From assembly GCA_963664405.1 (NCBI GenBank), contig OY761158.1, positions 1,760,001 through 1,824,000 of the forward strand: DNA of 64,000 nucleotides, given 5' to 3'. A program made the position numbers and the translations under genes. The DNA comes from Thermoanaerobaculia bacterium (GTDB lineage: Bacteria; Acidobacteriota; Thermoanaerobaculia; Multivoradales; Multivoraceae). Shown in pieces: positions 20,856-30,707 of this stretch. Numbering within the stretch: the first letter of the stretch is position 1; each line of letters begins with the position of its first letter. The notes under the pieces are model-generated. The model searched no databases. It was not told the origin of the DNA and was given only the letters and a program-made list of their open reading frames with translations.

Positions 20856-21717
20856 CTACCGTACTCGCACAATCAGACGCTGCGCTCCGGCCAAGATAGC
20901 CACCTGCGCGGGATGGTCGAGGTCGAGAACAATCCGAGTGACCGGAGTGGGCTCGGGCTGAAACTGAGCCGAACGAACAAACCGCACCGGAGCGTGGGCG
21001 CTATGGCCGTCATCTGGGCCTGCCCGGTGCAACACTCCTTCGAGGTCCACTACGAGTCGCTCCGGGTCCGGTAGTCGGAAGGCGCGCCAAGAAAACGCAC
21101 CGTCCCCAACCAGGATCACATCGACTCCGAGAAGGCCTCTCTCGACAACCTCGAGCCCTACCAGCTCGCTAGCCCGCTGCCCTTGTGGCTCCGCCCCGCT
21201 TACCCCTCTTCTACCTCCGTAGCCGATGGTCAGGGGCGGCGGCTCAGCCGCGGCAGCGGTGCCGTCCAAGGAGACCTGAGTCTCGATCTCTTCAACCTGC
21301 GCGGCTCGCTCGTCGAGGCCCTCATCCCCCTCCGTCTCTTCCTCTGTCTCGAGCCACTGCACTTCCCGGGTCAGCGAGGGCGGACGAAAAGGTTGATCTT
21401 CCACCACACGGTGCGGGCTTCCGGTCGCTTCAGGCACGGTGACCGGCGCCCGCGGCGCCGGTGAAGCGCAACCCGACAGCAGCTGTGCGGCGAGAACTAG
21501 TGTCGTGTCCCAGAAATGCCTACCCAATAGCTCGGCCCCTTTCGCTCGCTGCCTTCGTTACGCCTCGTCGACAGATTTCCCAATATGCCTGCCTCGACGC
21601 GCCTTGGCAGCGAACGAAATGACCTCGATCTATTAGGCAGGCATTTCCGGGACACGACACTAGAACGACTGCACCCTCTGCGCGTGCGAACGATCTCGAT
21701 CTGACCTTCTCCAACAC
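20856..21717 (-). pseudogene. AMIN-domain lipoprotein interrupted by a 163-bp CTAG element
   Basis: AMIN motifs 'FRLPDPERLVVDLEG', 'VRSAQF', 'TRIVLDL'; removing the element and one CTAG restores MLEKVRSRSFARAEGAVVLVLAAQLLSGC from GTG 21717, which overlaps the upstream TAG. Confidence 0.75.
21497..21663 (-). mobile_element. CTAG-flanked hairpin MITE, arm type A (TGTCGTGTCCC...)
   Basis: CTAG at 21497 and 21660; 30-bp imperfect terminal inverted repeats; shared core on the minus strand. Confidence 0.88.
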
Positions 21718-23807
21718 TAACGGCTCCTCTCCGAAGTGGCAATCGCCTCGAGCATCTCGCGCGCGCGACGCTCCATATCTGCGTCCGTCGCCAGGGTCAG
21801 TGCTTTCTCGACCAGAGGCCTGGCCCGCGCAGGTCGAGTCTCCAGGCTCGCCAGCATGAGGTAAGGCTCCGGCCGAGACGGCTCGGCCCTACTAGCACTC
21901 TCGAAGGCGGCACGAGCGGCGCGGGTCCAACCGAGCTGAGAGCGCGCCTGCCCAAGACTGATATTCGTCGCGAAGGATCGCGGGTCCAATGCCAGCGCCT
22001 GCTCGAGGGCAGCGCTCGCTTCCTCCGCTCTACCCGACTGCAAGTAGGCGACCCCGAGCACGTGGTAGTACGTCGCCTGGGTCGGATCGAGGGCGGCGGC
22101 GCGAGTCTGCGCCTCGATGGCTCGGGAGTAGTCCCCTTGGTCCAGCGCCAGATTGCCGACAAGCATCCATGCACGAGAGTTGTCCGGGTATTCCAAGGTC
22201 GTGCGCTCCGCCTCCGCAAGGGCCGCGGCGAGATAGTCCTCGCCCCTGCCCTCGAGCCAGGCCAGAGTTGGCTCTTCCGCGCGAAGAAACTCGTAGGGCT
22301 CGAGTGAGCCCTGAAGTCGATCGGAACGCACAAACACAGCAGCCAGATCGTCGAAGAAGACGAGCTCGTAGTCGCCGCTCGCACGAAAAGCACGCAACAG
22401 CCCGAGATCATCGAAGCGCACGAGACCGAGCCGCACATCGAGTTGGCGCAGCGTCTCCTCGGGCCCCCATTCCTGAAAGCGGCCGAGAAGATCCTCGAAC
22501 AACATCTGACGGCCATCGATGGCGACCTCCAGACGCGGCCAGGAGCGCCAGATCAGATAACCGCCAAAACTCCAGGAATTGAGAATGGGGCCTTCCAGAC
22601 GATGTGCCTCGATGAACTCGACCGCCGCGACCGGCGCCGAGTAACGGGCTAGATCGGTACCAAAACGGTAGCGCTGACTGTGGTCCTGATGCAGAAGGCT
22701 CCAGTCGCCTGAGAGCAGAGTCGCGGTCGCCCACAAGGTCGCTCCGGCAAGGAGGGCCCCTCGCAGTCCAGGAACGAAGAGACGGGCGAGAGTCGGCACC
22801 AGAGGCCGCAGCCGCTCGCCGATAGCTCGAGAAACGAAGTGAAGGTGACGAGCGAAAATCGCCGTGGAGCAAACCGCAAAGACACCGATGCCACGTAAAG
22901 ACATCAGCGAAAGAGCCAACGCGCCGGCGAGGATGGTCAGGTCCTGCAGGCGAGCCTTGCGAATCGTCACCGCAACCGCAGCTACGGCCAAGGCGGCGAG
23001 AAGGAAGAAAAGTGGGAACGCCTCGAAAGTCGGCGGCAGCCACTCACGAGTGGGCATGTCGCCGATCGAGCCGGGAGCATAGAGCTTGATCGCGGGTGTA
23101 TAGATACGAAAACCGTAGGGATTGATCAAAGTCGCGATCATCGCCAGCAAGACCGAAGCCCCCAAGTGGAGGGTGCTTCCCTCGCCACCGGCGCCGCCGA
23201 GATGCAGGCGGCGGCCCATGGCCTCACCGACCACGTGGGCAACCAACACGGCCATACCCACAATGACGAAAGGATGGAGGTTGCTCCAAGCACAAGCCAA
23301 GAACGGTAGGGCGAGAAGGATCCATTTACGACCATGCACCAGGTACCAGGTCGCCATGAGGTCCGCCAACGCGAGCAAGAAAAAGGTGAACACCTCCGGT
23401 CTCGCATAGAGCCGAAACCTGATCAGCAACAAGCCATAGAGGAGGGCGACCGGAATGACCAGACCGCGCCCTCCGCGCGCCCGGCAACTCAGGCCCAGGA
23501 GTACAAAAATAGACCCGCTCAGAAGAGCCTTGGCGACGACCACCAAGGGCACGCCTCCGACGCGATGAAGCAACGCTGCGACCACTTCGGCGAGCCAAGA
23601 GTAGTAGGCGTAGTACTCGCCTTTCGCGGTGTAGGAGTACACATCCTGTGACGGGATGTCTCCTGATTCGAGGATCTCGTACCCATTGCGGAGATGCCAG
23701 AAAAAGTCGCCATCGGCAATACCGAAGAGGCTGAGAACGACCGCACTGATGACCACCAGCAGCGAGCAGATGACGACGAGCCACCTCGACTGGGCTCGCA
23801 TTTTCAC
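21717..23807 (-). CDS. Polytopic membrane protein (GT-C-like) with C-terminal TPRs
   Basis: 'DGDFFWHLRNG', 'WSNLH', 'NPYG', 'GGYLIW', 'IDGR', then TPR-like helical repeats. Confidence 0.78.
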   Translation of the reverse strand: MKMRAQSRWLVVICSLLVVISAVVLSLFGIADGDFFWHLRNGYEILESGDIPSQDVYSYTAKGEYYAYYSWLAEVVAALLHRVGGVPLVVVAKALLSGSIFVLLGLSCRARGGRGLVIPVALLYGLLLIRFRLYARPEVFTFFLLALADLMATWYLVHGRKWILLALPFLACAWSNLHPFVIVGMAVLVAHVVGEAMGRRLHLGGAGGEGSTLHLGASVLLAMIATLINPYGFRIYTPAIKLYAPGSIGDMPTREWLPPTFEAFPLFFLLAALAVAAVAVTIRKARLQDLTILAGALALSLMSLRGIGVFAVCSTAIFARHLHFVSRAIGERLRPLVPTLARLFVPGLRGALLAGATLWATATLLSGDWSLLHQDHSQRYRFGTDLARYSAPVAAVEFIEAHRLEGPILNSWSFGGYLIWRSWPRLEVAIDGRQMLFEDLLGRFQEWGPEETLRQLDVRLGLVRFDDLGLLRAFRASGDYELVFFDDLAAVFVRSDRLQGSLEPYEFLRAEEPTLAWLEGRGEDYLAAALAEAERTTLEYPDNSRAWMLVGNLALDQGDYSRAIEAQTRAAALDPTQATYYHVLGVAYLQSGRAEEASAALEQALALDPRSFATNISLGQARSQLGWTRAARAAFESASRAEPSRPEPYLMLASLETRPARARPLVEKALTLATDADMERRAREMLEAIATSERSR

Positions 23808-23921
23808 CGGAAGCTCCGTCGCAAGTTCTCAGGCACGCGCCTGCGCAGAAAAGGAGGGACAGACTCGAGAAGACACTATCATTCAGCCGCGAGCTTGAGG
23901 CCTTGCCTCAGGTACGGCAAG

Positions 23922-25565
23922 ATGATCGCTGTGAAAGCTCCACGGGTGCTTTTCGCCTTGGCTCTCATTCTGGTCTCGAGCAGCGGTCGAGGCCAGGATT
24001 CGGTCGACCTTCCAGGCGTCTTCTCAGAGACTATCGATGTCAGGGTGGTCAATATCGAGGCGGTAGTGACCGATGGTGAAGGAAGGCGCGCAACCGGTCT
24101 GGGCGCCGCGGACTTCCGTCTTCTCGTTGATGGAGAAGCGACTCCGATCCATTTCTTCAGCGAGGTCCGAGACCGAACGGCGGTCGAGAGCCGCGAGCCG
24201 AGCGGCATCGCTTCCGCACCCGGTGTCTCGCCGCAAGGCCTGAGCACGAGCTATCTGGTCTTCATCGACGACTTCTTCACCACGACTGAGGATCGCAACT
24301 GGGTCCTGCAGAAGATGGCCGAGGACCTGGGCCACCTCGAGAGGAGCGATCGCATGGCGGTGGTCGCTTTCGATGGCACAGAGCTGGCGGTGCTCAGTGG
24401 TTGGACCCGTCACCAGCCACTTCTCGAGCGAACGCTCTTTGACGCGCGTGGCCGTAGGGCCTATGGCAAGCGGCGGCTTCGTGAGCTACGAAGCAGTGAG
24501 CATCTGAGCGCGGGAGTCGGATCCGCCAGCAGCCGGCTCTCTCCGATCGAAGAGCGGTACGCGAGGCTCGTCGGCACGCAGGTGGAGGGAGCGGTATTGG
24601 CGGCGGTGGCGACTCTACGCAGCTTCGCTACGCCACCGGGAAGGAAGGTCATGCTTCTGGTGAGCGGCGGCTGGCCGGTCTCTCCTGCCGAATATGCAAT
24701 TCATCGCGGGGGTGGGGCTATCGGAGACGCCATCGAGCAGGCGCACGAAGACGGGATTCTGGGTTACGACGAGCTCTTCGCTCCCTTGACCGACGCCGCC
24801 AACCTTCTCGGCTACACCCTCTACCCCATCGACGCCCCAGGCACCGCAGGCAAGATCGACACCGATATCCCGGTGGGGACCCTGGGCGGAGCCGGCGACA
24901 CGAGTTTCCTGGGTCGAACGGGGAACCTGCACGCGGCGATGCGACTGCTGGCGGACACGACAGGTGGCCGACCCCTCACCAACAACGCTCGTGACGAAGT
25001 ACTGCAGCGAGTCGCGGCGGATACCAGCTCGTATTACTGGCTCGGATTCCAGATCGACCGACAATCGGACGGTGCCCGCCACACCATCGAGGTCGAGACT
25101 CTGGAGCCGGGTCTCGAGCTCCGATCTCGCGTCGGCTTCGTCGATCTGTCGCGCCGCAGCGAGATGACGATGATGGCCGAGAGCTCGCTGCTCTTCGGTA
25201 ACCCTGTCGGCGAGCGCCCGATCGAGCTGCGCTTCGGCAAGGCGGTAGACGAAAAGCGTGACCGAGTACGGATAGCCGTCGAGGCCGGGTTCCTCCTCGA
25301 CGAAATCACCATGCTCCCCTCGCCGGAGGGGGTGTCGGCGGAGCTCGAAACGCGAGTGAGCGCCCTCGACCATCTCGGCAGCCGGTCGAAGACCACGGTG
25401 GACAAGATCGAGATCAAGCGACCGGCTCGACCGGACCCCGGAGAGATGCACTGGTACACCACCGAGCTCCTGCTTCATCGCAAGCGTAAGCATCGTGTTG
25501 TCGTTGCCATCTTCGATCCGCTCAGCGGTAACATCTACTCCAGCGCCGCCGAGATCTCGCCCTAG
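23922..25565 (+). CDS. VWFA-related (Acidobacterial-type) exported protein
   Basis: 'FSETIDVRVVNIEAVVTD', 'GRKVMLLVSGG', 'LADTTGG', 'SYYWLGF'. Confidence 0.82.
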   Translation: MIAVKAPRVLFALALILVSSSGRGQDSVDLPGVFSETIDVRVVNIEAVVTDGEGRRATGLGAADFRLLVDGEATPIHFFSEVRDRTAVESREPSGIASAPGVSPQGLSTSYLVFIDDFFTTTEDRNWVLQKMAEDLGHLERSDRMAVVAFDGTELAVLSGWTRHQPLLERTLFDARGRRAYGKRRLRELRSSEHLSAGVGSASSRLSPIEERYARLVGTQVEGAVLAAVATLRSFATPPGRKVMLLVSGGWPVSPAEYAIHRGGGAIGDAIEQAHEDGILGYDELFAPLTDAANLLGYTLYPIDAPGTAGKIDTDIPVGTLGGAGDTSFLGRTGNLHAAMRLLADTTGGRPLTNNARDEVLQRVAADTSSYYWLGFQIDRQSDGARHTIEVETLEPGLELRSRVGFVDLSRRSEMTMMAESSLLFGNPVGERPIELRFGKAVDEKRDRVRIAVEAGFLLDEITMLPSPEGVSAELETRVSALDHLGSRSKTTVDKIEIKRPARPDPGEMHWYTTELLLHRKRKHRVVVAIFDPLSGNIYSSAAEISP

Positions 25566-25669
25566 CCTCCAGAAATGATGGCTATCATTTCCTCCGGCTA
25601 GTTGTCTTTTGGCGCCGAGGACGGCGCACTCGGCCTCCAGAAATGATGGCTATCATTTCCTCCGGCTAG

Positions 25670-27223
25670 GAGTCTGCGCGGCAGAAACGGAGTGTTTAGT
25701 GAAGAGATCGAAGACGGAGTAGAGTTGTGGCATGCCAACGTCATTTCGTCCGTATGCCCCGGATCAGCTGTATCTGTTAGCTCCGAGCCCTCGTGACTGG
25801 TTGCCGGAGGGTCACTTGGTGTACTTCATCTCCGAGACGGTGGAGGCGCTGGATCTGTCGTCGTTCTACGCTCGTTACGAGGGGGATGGTCGTCGGAATC
25901 AGCCGTTCGATCCTCGGATGATGGTGAAGGTTTTGCTGTATGCGTATGCGACGGGGACGTATTCGTCGCGTGGCATCGCGCGCAAGCTCGAGGAGGACGT
26001 GGCCTATCGTTTTCTGGCGGCGGGCAACTCTCCGGCGCATCGCACGATTTGTGAGTTTCGTCAGCTTCATTTGGCGGCCTTCCACGCACTGTTCGTGCAG
26101 GTGGTGCAGATCGCGCGTGAGGCCGGGGTGTTGCGTCTGGGGACGTTGGTGGTGGACGGTACGAAGGTCAAGGCCAACGCGAGCAAGCGCAAGTCGATGA
26201 GCTACGGTCGAATGCTGGAGGAGGAGAAGCGTCTGGAGGAGGAGATCGCCGCGCTGATGGCGCAGGCCGAGGCGGTGGATACGGCTGAGGATGCCGAGCA
26301 TGGAGCGCAGCTGCGCGGCGATGAGCTGCCGGCCGAGCTGCAACGGCGCGAGCAGCGCTTGGCGAAGATCCAGGAGGCGAAGGCGCGCCTCGAGGCGCGC
26401 CAGGCCGAGAAGGACCGCGCGCGCGGCCGTACGGAGGATGACGACGACGATCCGCCTCGTCGCGGACGCCCCTTCGCGCGCGATTTCGGTGTTCCGGAGG
26501 ACCGGGCCCAAGACAACTTCACCGATCCGCAGAGTCGGATCATGAAAACGGTCCATGGCTACGATCAGTGCTACAACGGCCAGTTGGCGGTGGAGGAAGA
26601 GTCGCAGATGATCGTCTCGACGAGCCTGACGAACAACGCCGCGGACGTGGACCAGATGATGCCGTTGCTCTCCCGGGCGAAGGCGGCGCTGGGGGAGGAT
26701 CCCGAGCAGGTCTTGGCGGACGCGGGGTATCGCAGCGAGGCGACATTCCTCGAACTCGAGGAGCGAAGCATTGACGCTCACATCTCCTTGGGTCGAGAGG
26801 GAAAGAAGTGGGAAGTGAGTACGCAGCTCGAAGCGTCTCACCGCATGCAGATCAAACTCGCCAGCGAGGCCGGCAAGCAACGCTACCGACGGCGCAAGGC
26901 GGTCGTGGAACCGGTGATCGGGTGGATCAAAGAGGTGCTGGGCTTCCGAAGATTCAGCCTCCGGGGCCAGGAGAACGTCGGCCACGAATGGGATCTGGTG
27001 TGTCTGGCCGTCAATCTCAAGCGCTTCCACGTCCTCCAAGCGGCTTTATGAGCCGCTCCGGGCCATGCCACCGAGTTAGAGCTCACTATACGACCCGCAT
27101 CGCGCTTCCTGACGCCTCGTCAGGCTTGCTCAACGCACTCTCCGCCATCCGAAACCCAATGCGGCGTCCATTCTGCAGCGCGATCGAAGCTTCACCGTAC
27201 CCGCACTCCTGCCGCGCAGACTC
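25670..27223 (+). mobile_element. IS1182-family insertion sequence
   Basis: Perfect 15-bp TIR GAGTCTGCGCGGCAG; CTAG duplication at 25666-25669 and 27224-27227; single transposase ORF. Confidence 0.93.
25732..27051 (+). CDS. IS1182-family DDE transposase
   Basis: DUF772-type N-terminus 'PRMMVKVLLYAY...SSRGI', VDGTKVKANAS, TDPQSR, ADAGY, 'RKAVVEPVIG'. Confidence 0.93.
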   Translation: MPTSFRPYAPDQLYLLAPSPRDWLPEGHLVYFISETVEALDLSSFYARYEGDGRRNQPFDPRMMVKVLLYAYATGTYSSRGIARKLEEDVAYRFLAAGNSPAHRTICEFRQLHLAAFHALFVQVVQIAREAGVLRLGTLVVDGTKVKANASKRKSMSYGRMLEEEKRLEEEIAALMAQAEAVDTAEDAEHGAQLRGDELPAELQRREQRLAKIQEAKARLEARQAEKDRARGRTEDDDDDPPRRGRPFARDFGVPEDRAQDNFTDPQSRIMKTVHGYDQCYNGQLAVEEESQMIVSTSLTNNAADVDQMMPLLSRAKAALGEDPEQVLADAGYRSEATFLELEERSIDAHISLGREGKKWEVSTQLEASHRMQIKLASEAGKQRYRRRKAVVEPVIGWIKEVLGFRRFSLRGQENVGHEWDLVCLAVNLKRFHVLQAAL

Positions 27224-27315
27224 CTAGTTGTCTTTTGGCGCCGAGGACGGCGCACTCGGGCGGTGCTTTCTATTCGCTCCGGGAAACGGCTCAGGACCAA
27301 TACTCGGACACGCTC

Positions 27316-27512
27316 CTAGCCTGGACTATTCATGAGGTCCGTAGCGAGGTGCCGCAGATGCCCGAAGATACAAGGCGTCGCGACCGAGAGCACCGCAGGC
27401 GTATTGGGCAATACGTCGAGGGGCGCGACGGGGACGCCCAGTCAGAGCGCAACGCAGTAGATTCGGGCAGCTGCGGCACCGTAGTAGGAGCTTCATGAAT
27501 AGTCCAGGCTAG
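27316..27512 (+). mobile_element. CTAG-flanked hairpin MITE, arm type B (CCTGGACTATTCATGA)
   Basis: CTAG at 27316 and 27509; 16-bp perfect TIR; expanded version of the shared core. Confidence 0.85.
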
Positions 27513-27599
27513 GAGCGTGTCCGAGAATTCGGACAGGCGAGTAGTTCTTAGGGGGGGATGGGCCGGAGAACGGGCCGCAGGTCCGTTTTCCGGGGCTAG
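27509..27599 (+). repeat. CTAG-bounded element starting GAGCGTGTCCGAG, related to 60266-60318
   Basis: About 49 bp identical to the reverse complement of 60270-60318; the same terminus occurs inverted at 27303-27319. Confidence 0.75.
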
Positions 27600-27767
27600 G
27601 GTTCGGCTGCGATCGATCAAACTGCAGTCGCTGAGTCGGACCGGTCTCGAGGCCAGATGCCGACCTGAGATCGCCGCATCGTATTGGCCCAGACCTCTGC
27701 TACGCTCTAGCCTTCCGAAGAACAACCGGGGCAGCCTCGAGCTGCCGCAGAGGAGAGACTTCTTGCG

Positions 27768-28413
27768 ATGTCGATAAGCGCCGCGCTGATCATTCTTGCA
27801 ATTGGCGGGGTGATGGTTGCCTTCATTGCCGCGGAGTACTTGAGCCGACGCCCCAAGAAAGCGGCAAGACCCGACTGCGACTTCGAGACCGCGTGCGATC
27901 ACTATCTGGGCAGCCCAGACCTTTGGTCCGAGCGAGACAGGGCTGCGATCAAGAGCGTAGCCTCGGATCTCGCAGGCGCGAAACGGGACTTGGTCGAGAG
28001 TCTGACAGCGACGATAGAGAAGAGCCTCGACTCGCCGCAGCCGATACCGGTGCTACGGGAGGCGATCATGGACGCTACCGACCGCTTTTTCATGGCCGAG
28101 ACCTTGTACCAACCTGTCGAAGGCGCGCCAACCGGACCAAGCCTGGCGGGGGGTTCTAGTTCGCTCGCTCGGAGGCTACGGGGACGTCATGCAGAGCGAA
28201 GAGAAGCTCCTCGAAGTCGCCAAGGCGGCCCATCAGGGCTGGCAGCAACACCAGGGAGACAGTCGACTCAACGCGGCACTCACTGCCGCCTGCGGGCTCG
28301 CCTTCGACGAAGCTGCGACCAGGACCGCGGGCGGAGCCGAGGGCCTCGCCGCCGGGATGCTGGAAGACGCCTCCGCTCTGGTCGGATCGATCCAGCAGGC
28401 CACCCGCGACTGA
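27768..28413 (+). pseudogene. Membrane-anchored hypothetical gene with apparent +1 frameshift
   Basis: N-terminal TM helix; deleting one G from the G6 run at 28148-28153 fuses it with the 28189-28413 ORF. Confidence 0.5.
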
Positions 28414-28441
28414 GACTGCGGCACCCGAGCTGCGCTCCGTC

Positions 28442-30517
28442 CTAGTGAAAGCCCTCGCCTTCGTCGGCGAGTCGCTGCAGCAGCGGCGAGATCTGCCAAT
28501 GATCTCCACCCAGCGTCTCGCTGTAGTGGTTGATCTTCTCGGCAACGTTATCGAGTCCCTGCCGCCCGGCCCAGAACATCGGACCCCCCCGGTACACCGG
28601 CCATCCATAACCGTTCACCCAGACCACATCGATATCGCTGGCGCGAATGGCCATGCCTTCTTCGAGAATCTTGGCGCCCTCGTTGATCATCGGGTAGAGA
28701 CAGCGTTCCAGGATCTCCTGATCGCTCACTTCGCGTTGGGCTATCCCCTGCTTGTCGGCGAACTCGCGAATGATCTCCTCCACTTCCGGATCCGGCGAGG
28801 AGGCGCGAGTCTCGGCATTGTAAACATAGAAACCGGCGCCGCTCTTCTGACCTAGACGGCCCCGCTCGCAGAGTACCTCTCGTACTGTCGACGAGGTCGA
28901 TGTTTCCTTCTTCCAACCGATATCGAGGCCGGCGAGATCGCCCATCGCAAACGGACCCATGGGAAACCCGAAGTCGTAGAGGACCTGATCGACCTGCCAG
29001 GGCGTTGCGCCCTCGAAGATGATCTTGTTGGCCTCGATGCCGCGCTTCGCAAGAATGCGGTTGCCGACGAAGCCTGGGCAGACACCGACCAGGGCAGGGA
29101 TCTTGTTGATCCTCTTGGCGAGAGCCATCGAAGTGGCAATCACCTCCTTCGAGGTCTTCTCCCCTCGCACCACCTCGAGCAGCCGCATGACGTTCGCCGG
29201 GCTGAAGAAGTGAAGCCCGATCACGCTCTCCGGGCGTCGCGTCTCGGCGGCGATCTGGTTCACATCGAGCCCGGAGGTGTTCGACGCCAGCACCGCACCC
29301 TCCTTGCAGATGCCGTCGAGCTCGCGGAAGATGCTCTTCTTGAGCTCCATGTCCTCGAATACAGCTTCGATGACCATGTCCTTGTCGGCGAAGTCCGCCT
29401 TGTCGACCGAGCCTTGGATCAGCGACATGCGCCTGTCGACCTCATCCATCGTGAAACGCCCGCGGCTGGCGGAGCGCTCGTAGTTCTTGCGAATGACCGC
29501 GAAGCCGCGGTCGAGGCGATCCTGGCTAGCCTCGACAACGGTGACCGGAATTCCGACGTTGGCGAAATTCATCGAGATCCCGCCCCCCATCGTGCCGCAG
29601 CCCAAGATCCCTACCGACTCGATTGGGATCTGCGGCGTGTCGCGAGGAACATCAGGAACCTTGGCAGCTTCCCGCTCGGCGAAGAAGTAGTACCGCTGCG
29701 CCGCTGATTGGGGCCCCGTAACCAGCTCTAGAAAGAGCTCTCTCTCCCTGGCGAGACCCTCGTCGAAGGGAAGATTGACGGCTGCCTCGACGCAGCGGAC
29801 GTTGTACTCCGGAGCGAGGAATCCGCGAGTCTTGCGAGCGATCTTGCGACGGAAGTCGCTGAAGATCTCGCCCCTTGCCTTGGCCTCTTCGATCTTTTCT
29901 TCTCGGTCGCGGATTCTCTTCAGCGGCCGGCCCTCGGCCAGAAGCTCCTCGGCAAAATCGACTGCACCCTGCTTGAGGTCGCCGTCGACGATCTTGTCGA
30001 TAAGACCGTAGGACAGCGCTTGCTCGCTACCGATGGGATCTCCAATGGCACACATCTCGAGGCCCTTCTCGACCCCTACAACACGCGGTAGCCGCTGAGT
30101 TCCGCCGGCTCCGGGAAGCAGCCCGATCTTGACCTCCGGCTGTCCATATTGGGCTGACGGCGCGCCGACGCGATAGTGAGCGCACATTGCCACCTCGAGG
30201 CCCCCGCCCAGGGCGGTACCGTGAATCGCCGCCACAACAGGCTTGGAGCAGGTCTCCATCGCATCTTGGACGTCGCCGAGAGCCGCACCCTTAGCTTCCT
30301 GACCGAACTCCTTAATGTCGGCACCGGCGATAAAAGTGCGTCCGTCGCAGACCACGACTACGGCCTTGATCTGGTCGTCGAGCCCGGCCTGAGTCATGCC
30401 TTCGAGGAGGCCTGTTCGAACATGCCAGCTGAGGGCGTTGACAGGTGGATTGTCGACGACGAGAAGACCGATGTCGCCCTTCTTTTCAAGACTCACGCTT
30501 TCGCTGATCGCTACCAT
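28442..30517 (-). CDS. Enoyl-CoA hydratase/3-hydroxyacyl-CoA dehydrogenase multifunctional enzyme
   Basis: NPPVNAL, GGGLE, PGAGGTQRLPR, GCGTMG, NTS, HFFSPA, GFVGNR. Confidence 0.93.
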   Translation of the reverse strand: MVAISESVSLEKKGDIGLLVVDNPPVNALSWHVRTGLLEGMTQAGLDDQIKAVVVVCDGRTFIAGADIKEFGQEAKGAALGDVQDAMETCSKPVVAAIHGTALGGGLEVAMCAHYRVGAPSAQYGQPEVKIGLLPGAGGTQRLPRVVGVEKGLEMCAIGDPIGSEQALSYGLIDKIVDGDLKQGAVDFAEELLAEGRPLKRIRDREEKIEEAKARGEIFSDFRRKIARKTRGFLAPEYNVRCVEAAVNLPFDEGLARERELFLELVTGPQSAAQRYYFFAEREAAKVPDVPRDTPQIPIESVGILGCGTMGGGISMNFANVGIPVTVVEASQDRLDRGFAVIRKNYERSASRGRFTMDEVDRRMSLIQGSVDKADFADKDMVIEAVFEDMELKKSIFRELDGICKEGAVLASNTSGLDVNQIAAETRRPESVIGLHFFSPANVMRLLEVVRGEKTSKEVIATSMALAKRINKIPALVGVCPGFVGNRILAKRGIEANKIIFEGATPWQVDQVLYDFGFPMGPFAMGDLAGLDIGWKKETSTSSTVREVLCERGRLGQKSGAGFYVYNAETRASSPDPEVEEIIREFADKQGIAQREVSDQEILERCLYPMINEGAKILEEGMAIRASDIDVVWVNGYGWPVYRGGPMFWAGRQGLDNVAEKINHYSETLGGDHWQISPLLQRLADEGEGFH

Positions 30518-30707
30518 GGCATCGGACTCCTATTTAGTGGCCTATGTCGTGGCCTCTTGCGCTACCATGGAGGCGGCACAAAACATTTCCTTGTGGCCTG
30601 AGCTAAGACTCGAGCACTTCGTTCTGCACGGGGGCAGGCCGCCGGGCTCGCAGGCATACCGTCCGACACCAAGTGTCGGGAGCCTCGGAGACTCGAGATT
30701 CACAGTG

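Larger units (their letters stand above)
25565..27258 (+). repeat. 68-bp tandem duplication; second copy split by the IS
   Basis: Unit GCCTCCAGAAATGATGGCTATCATTTCCTCCGGCTAGTTGTCTTTTGGCGCCGAGGACGGCGCACTCG at 25565-25632; copy 2 is 25633-25669 plus 27228-27258. Confidence 0.9.

Noticed and set aside
25565-25669. Palindromic repeats suggesting a CRISPR array
   Set aside because: The intervening sequence is also duplicated (no unique spacers), there are only two units, and no cas genes are present.
25777-27039. 420-aa antisense ORF over the transposase, and similar long shadow ORFs (4573-5655, 14943-16103, 44253-45344)
   Set aside because: Expected in high-GC DNA with strong GC3 bias; no motifs, and they overlap well-supported genes.
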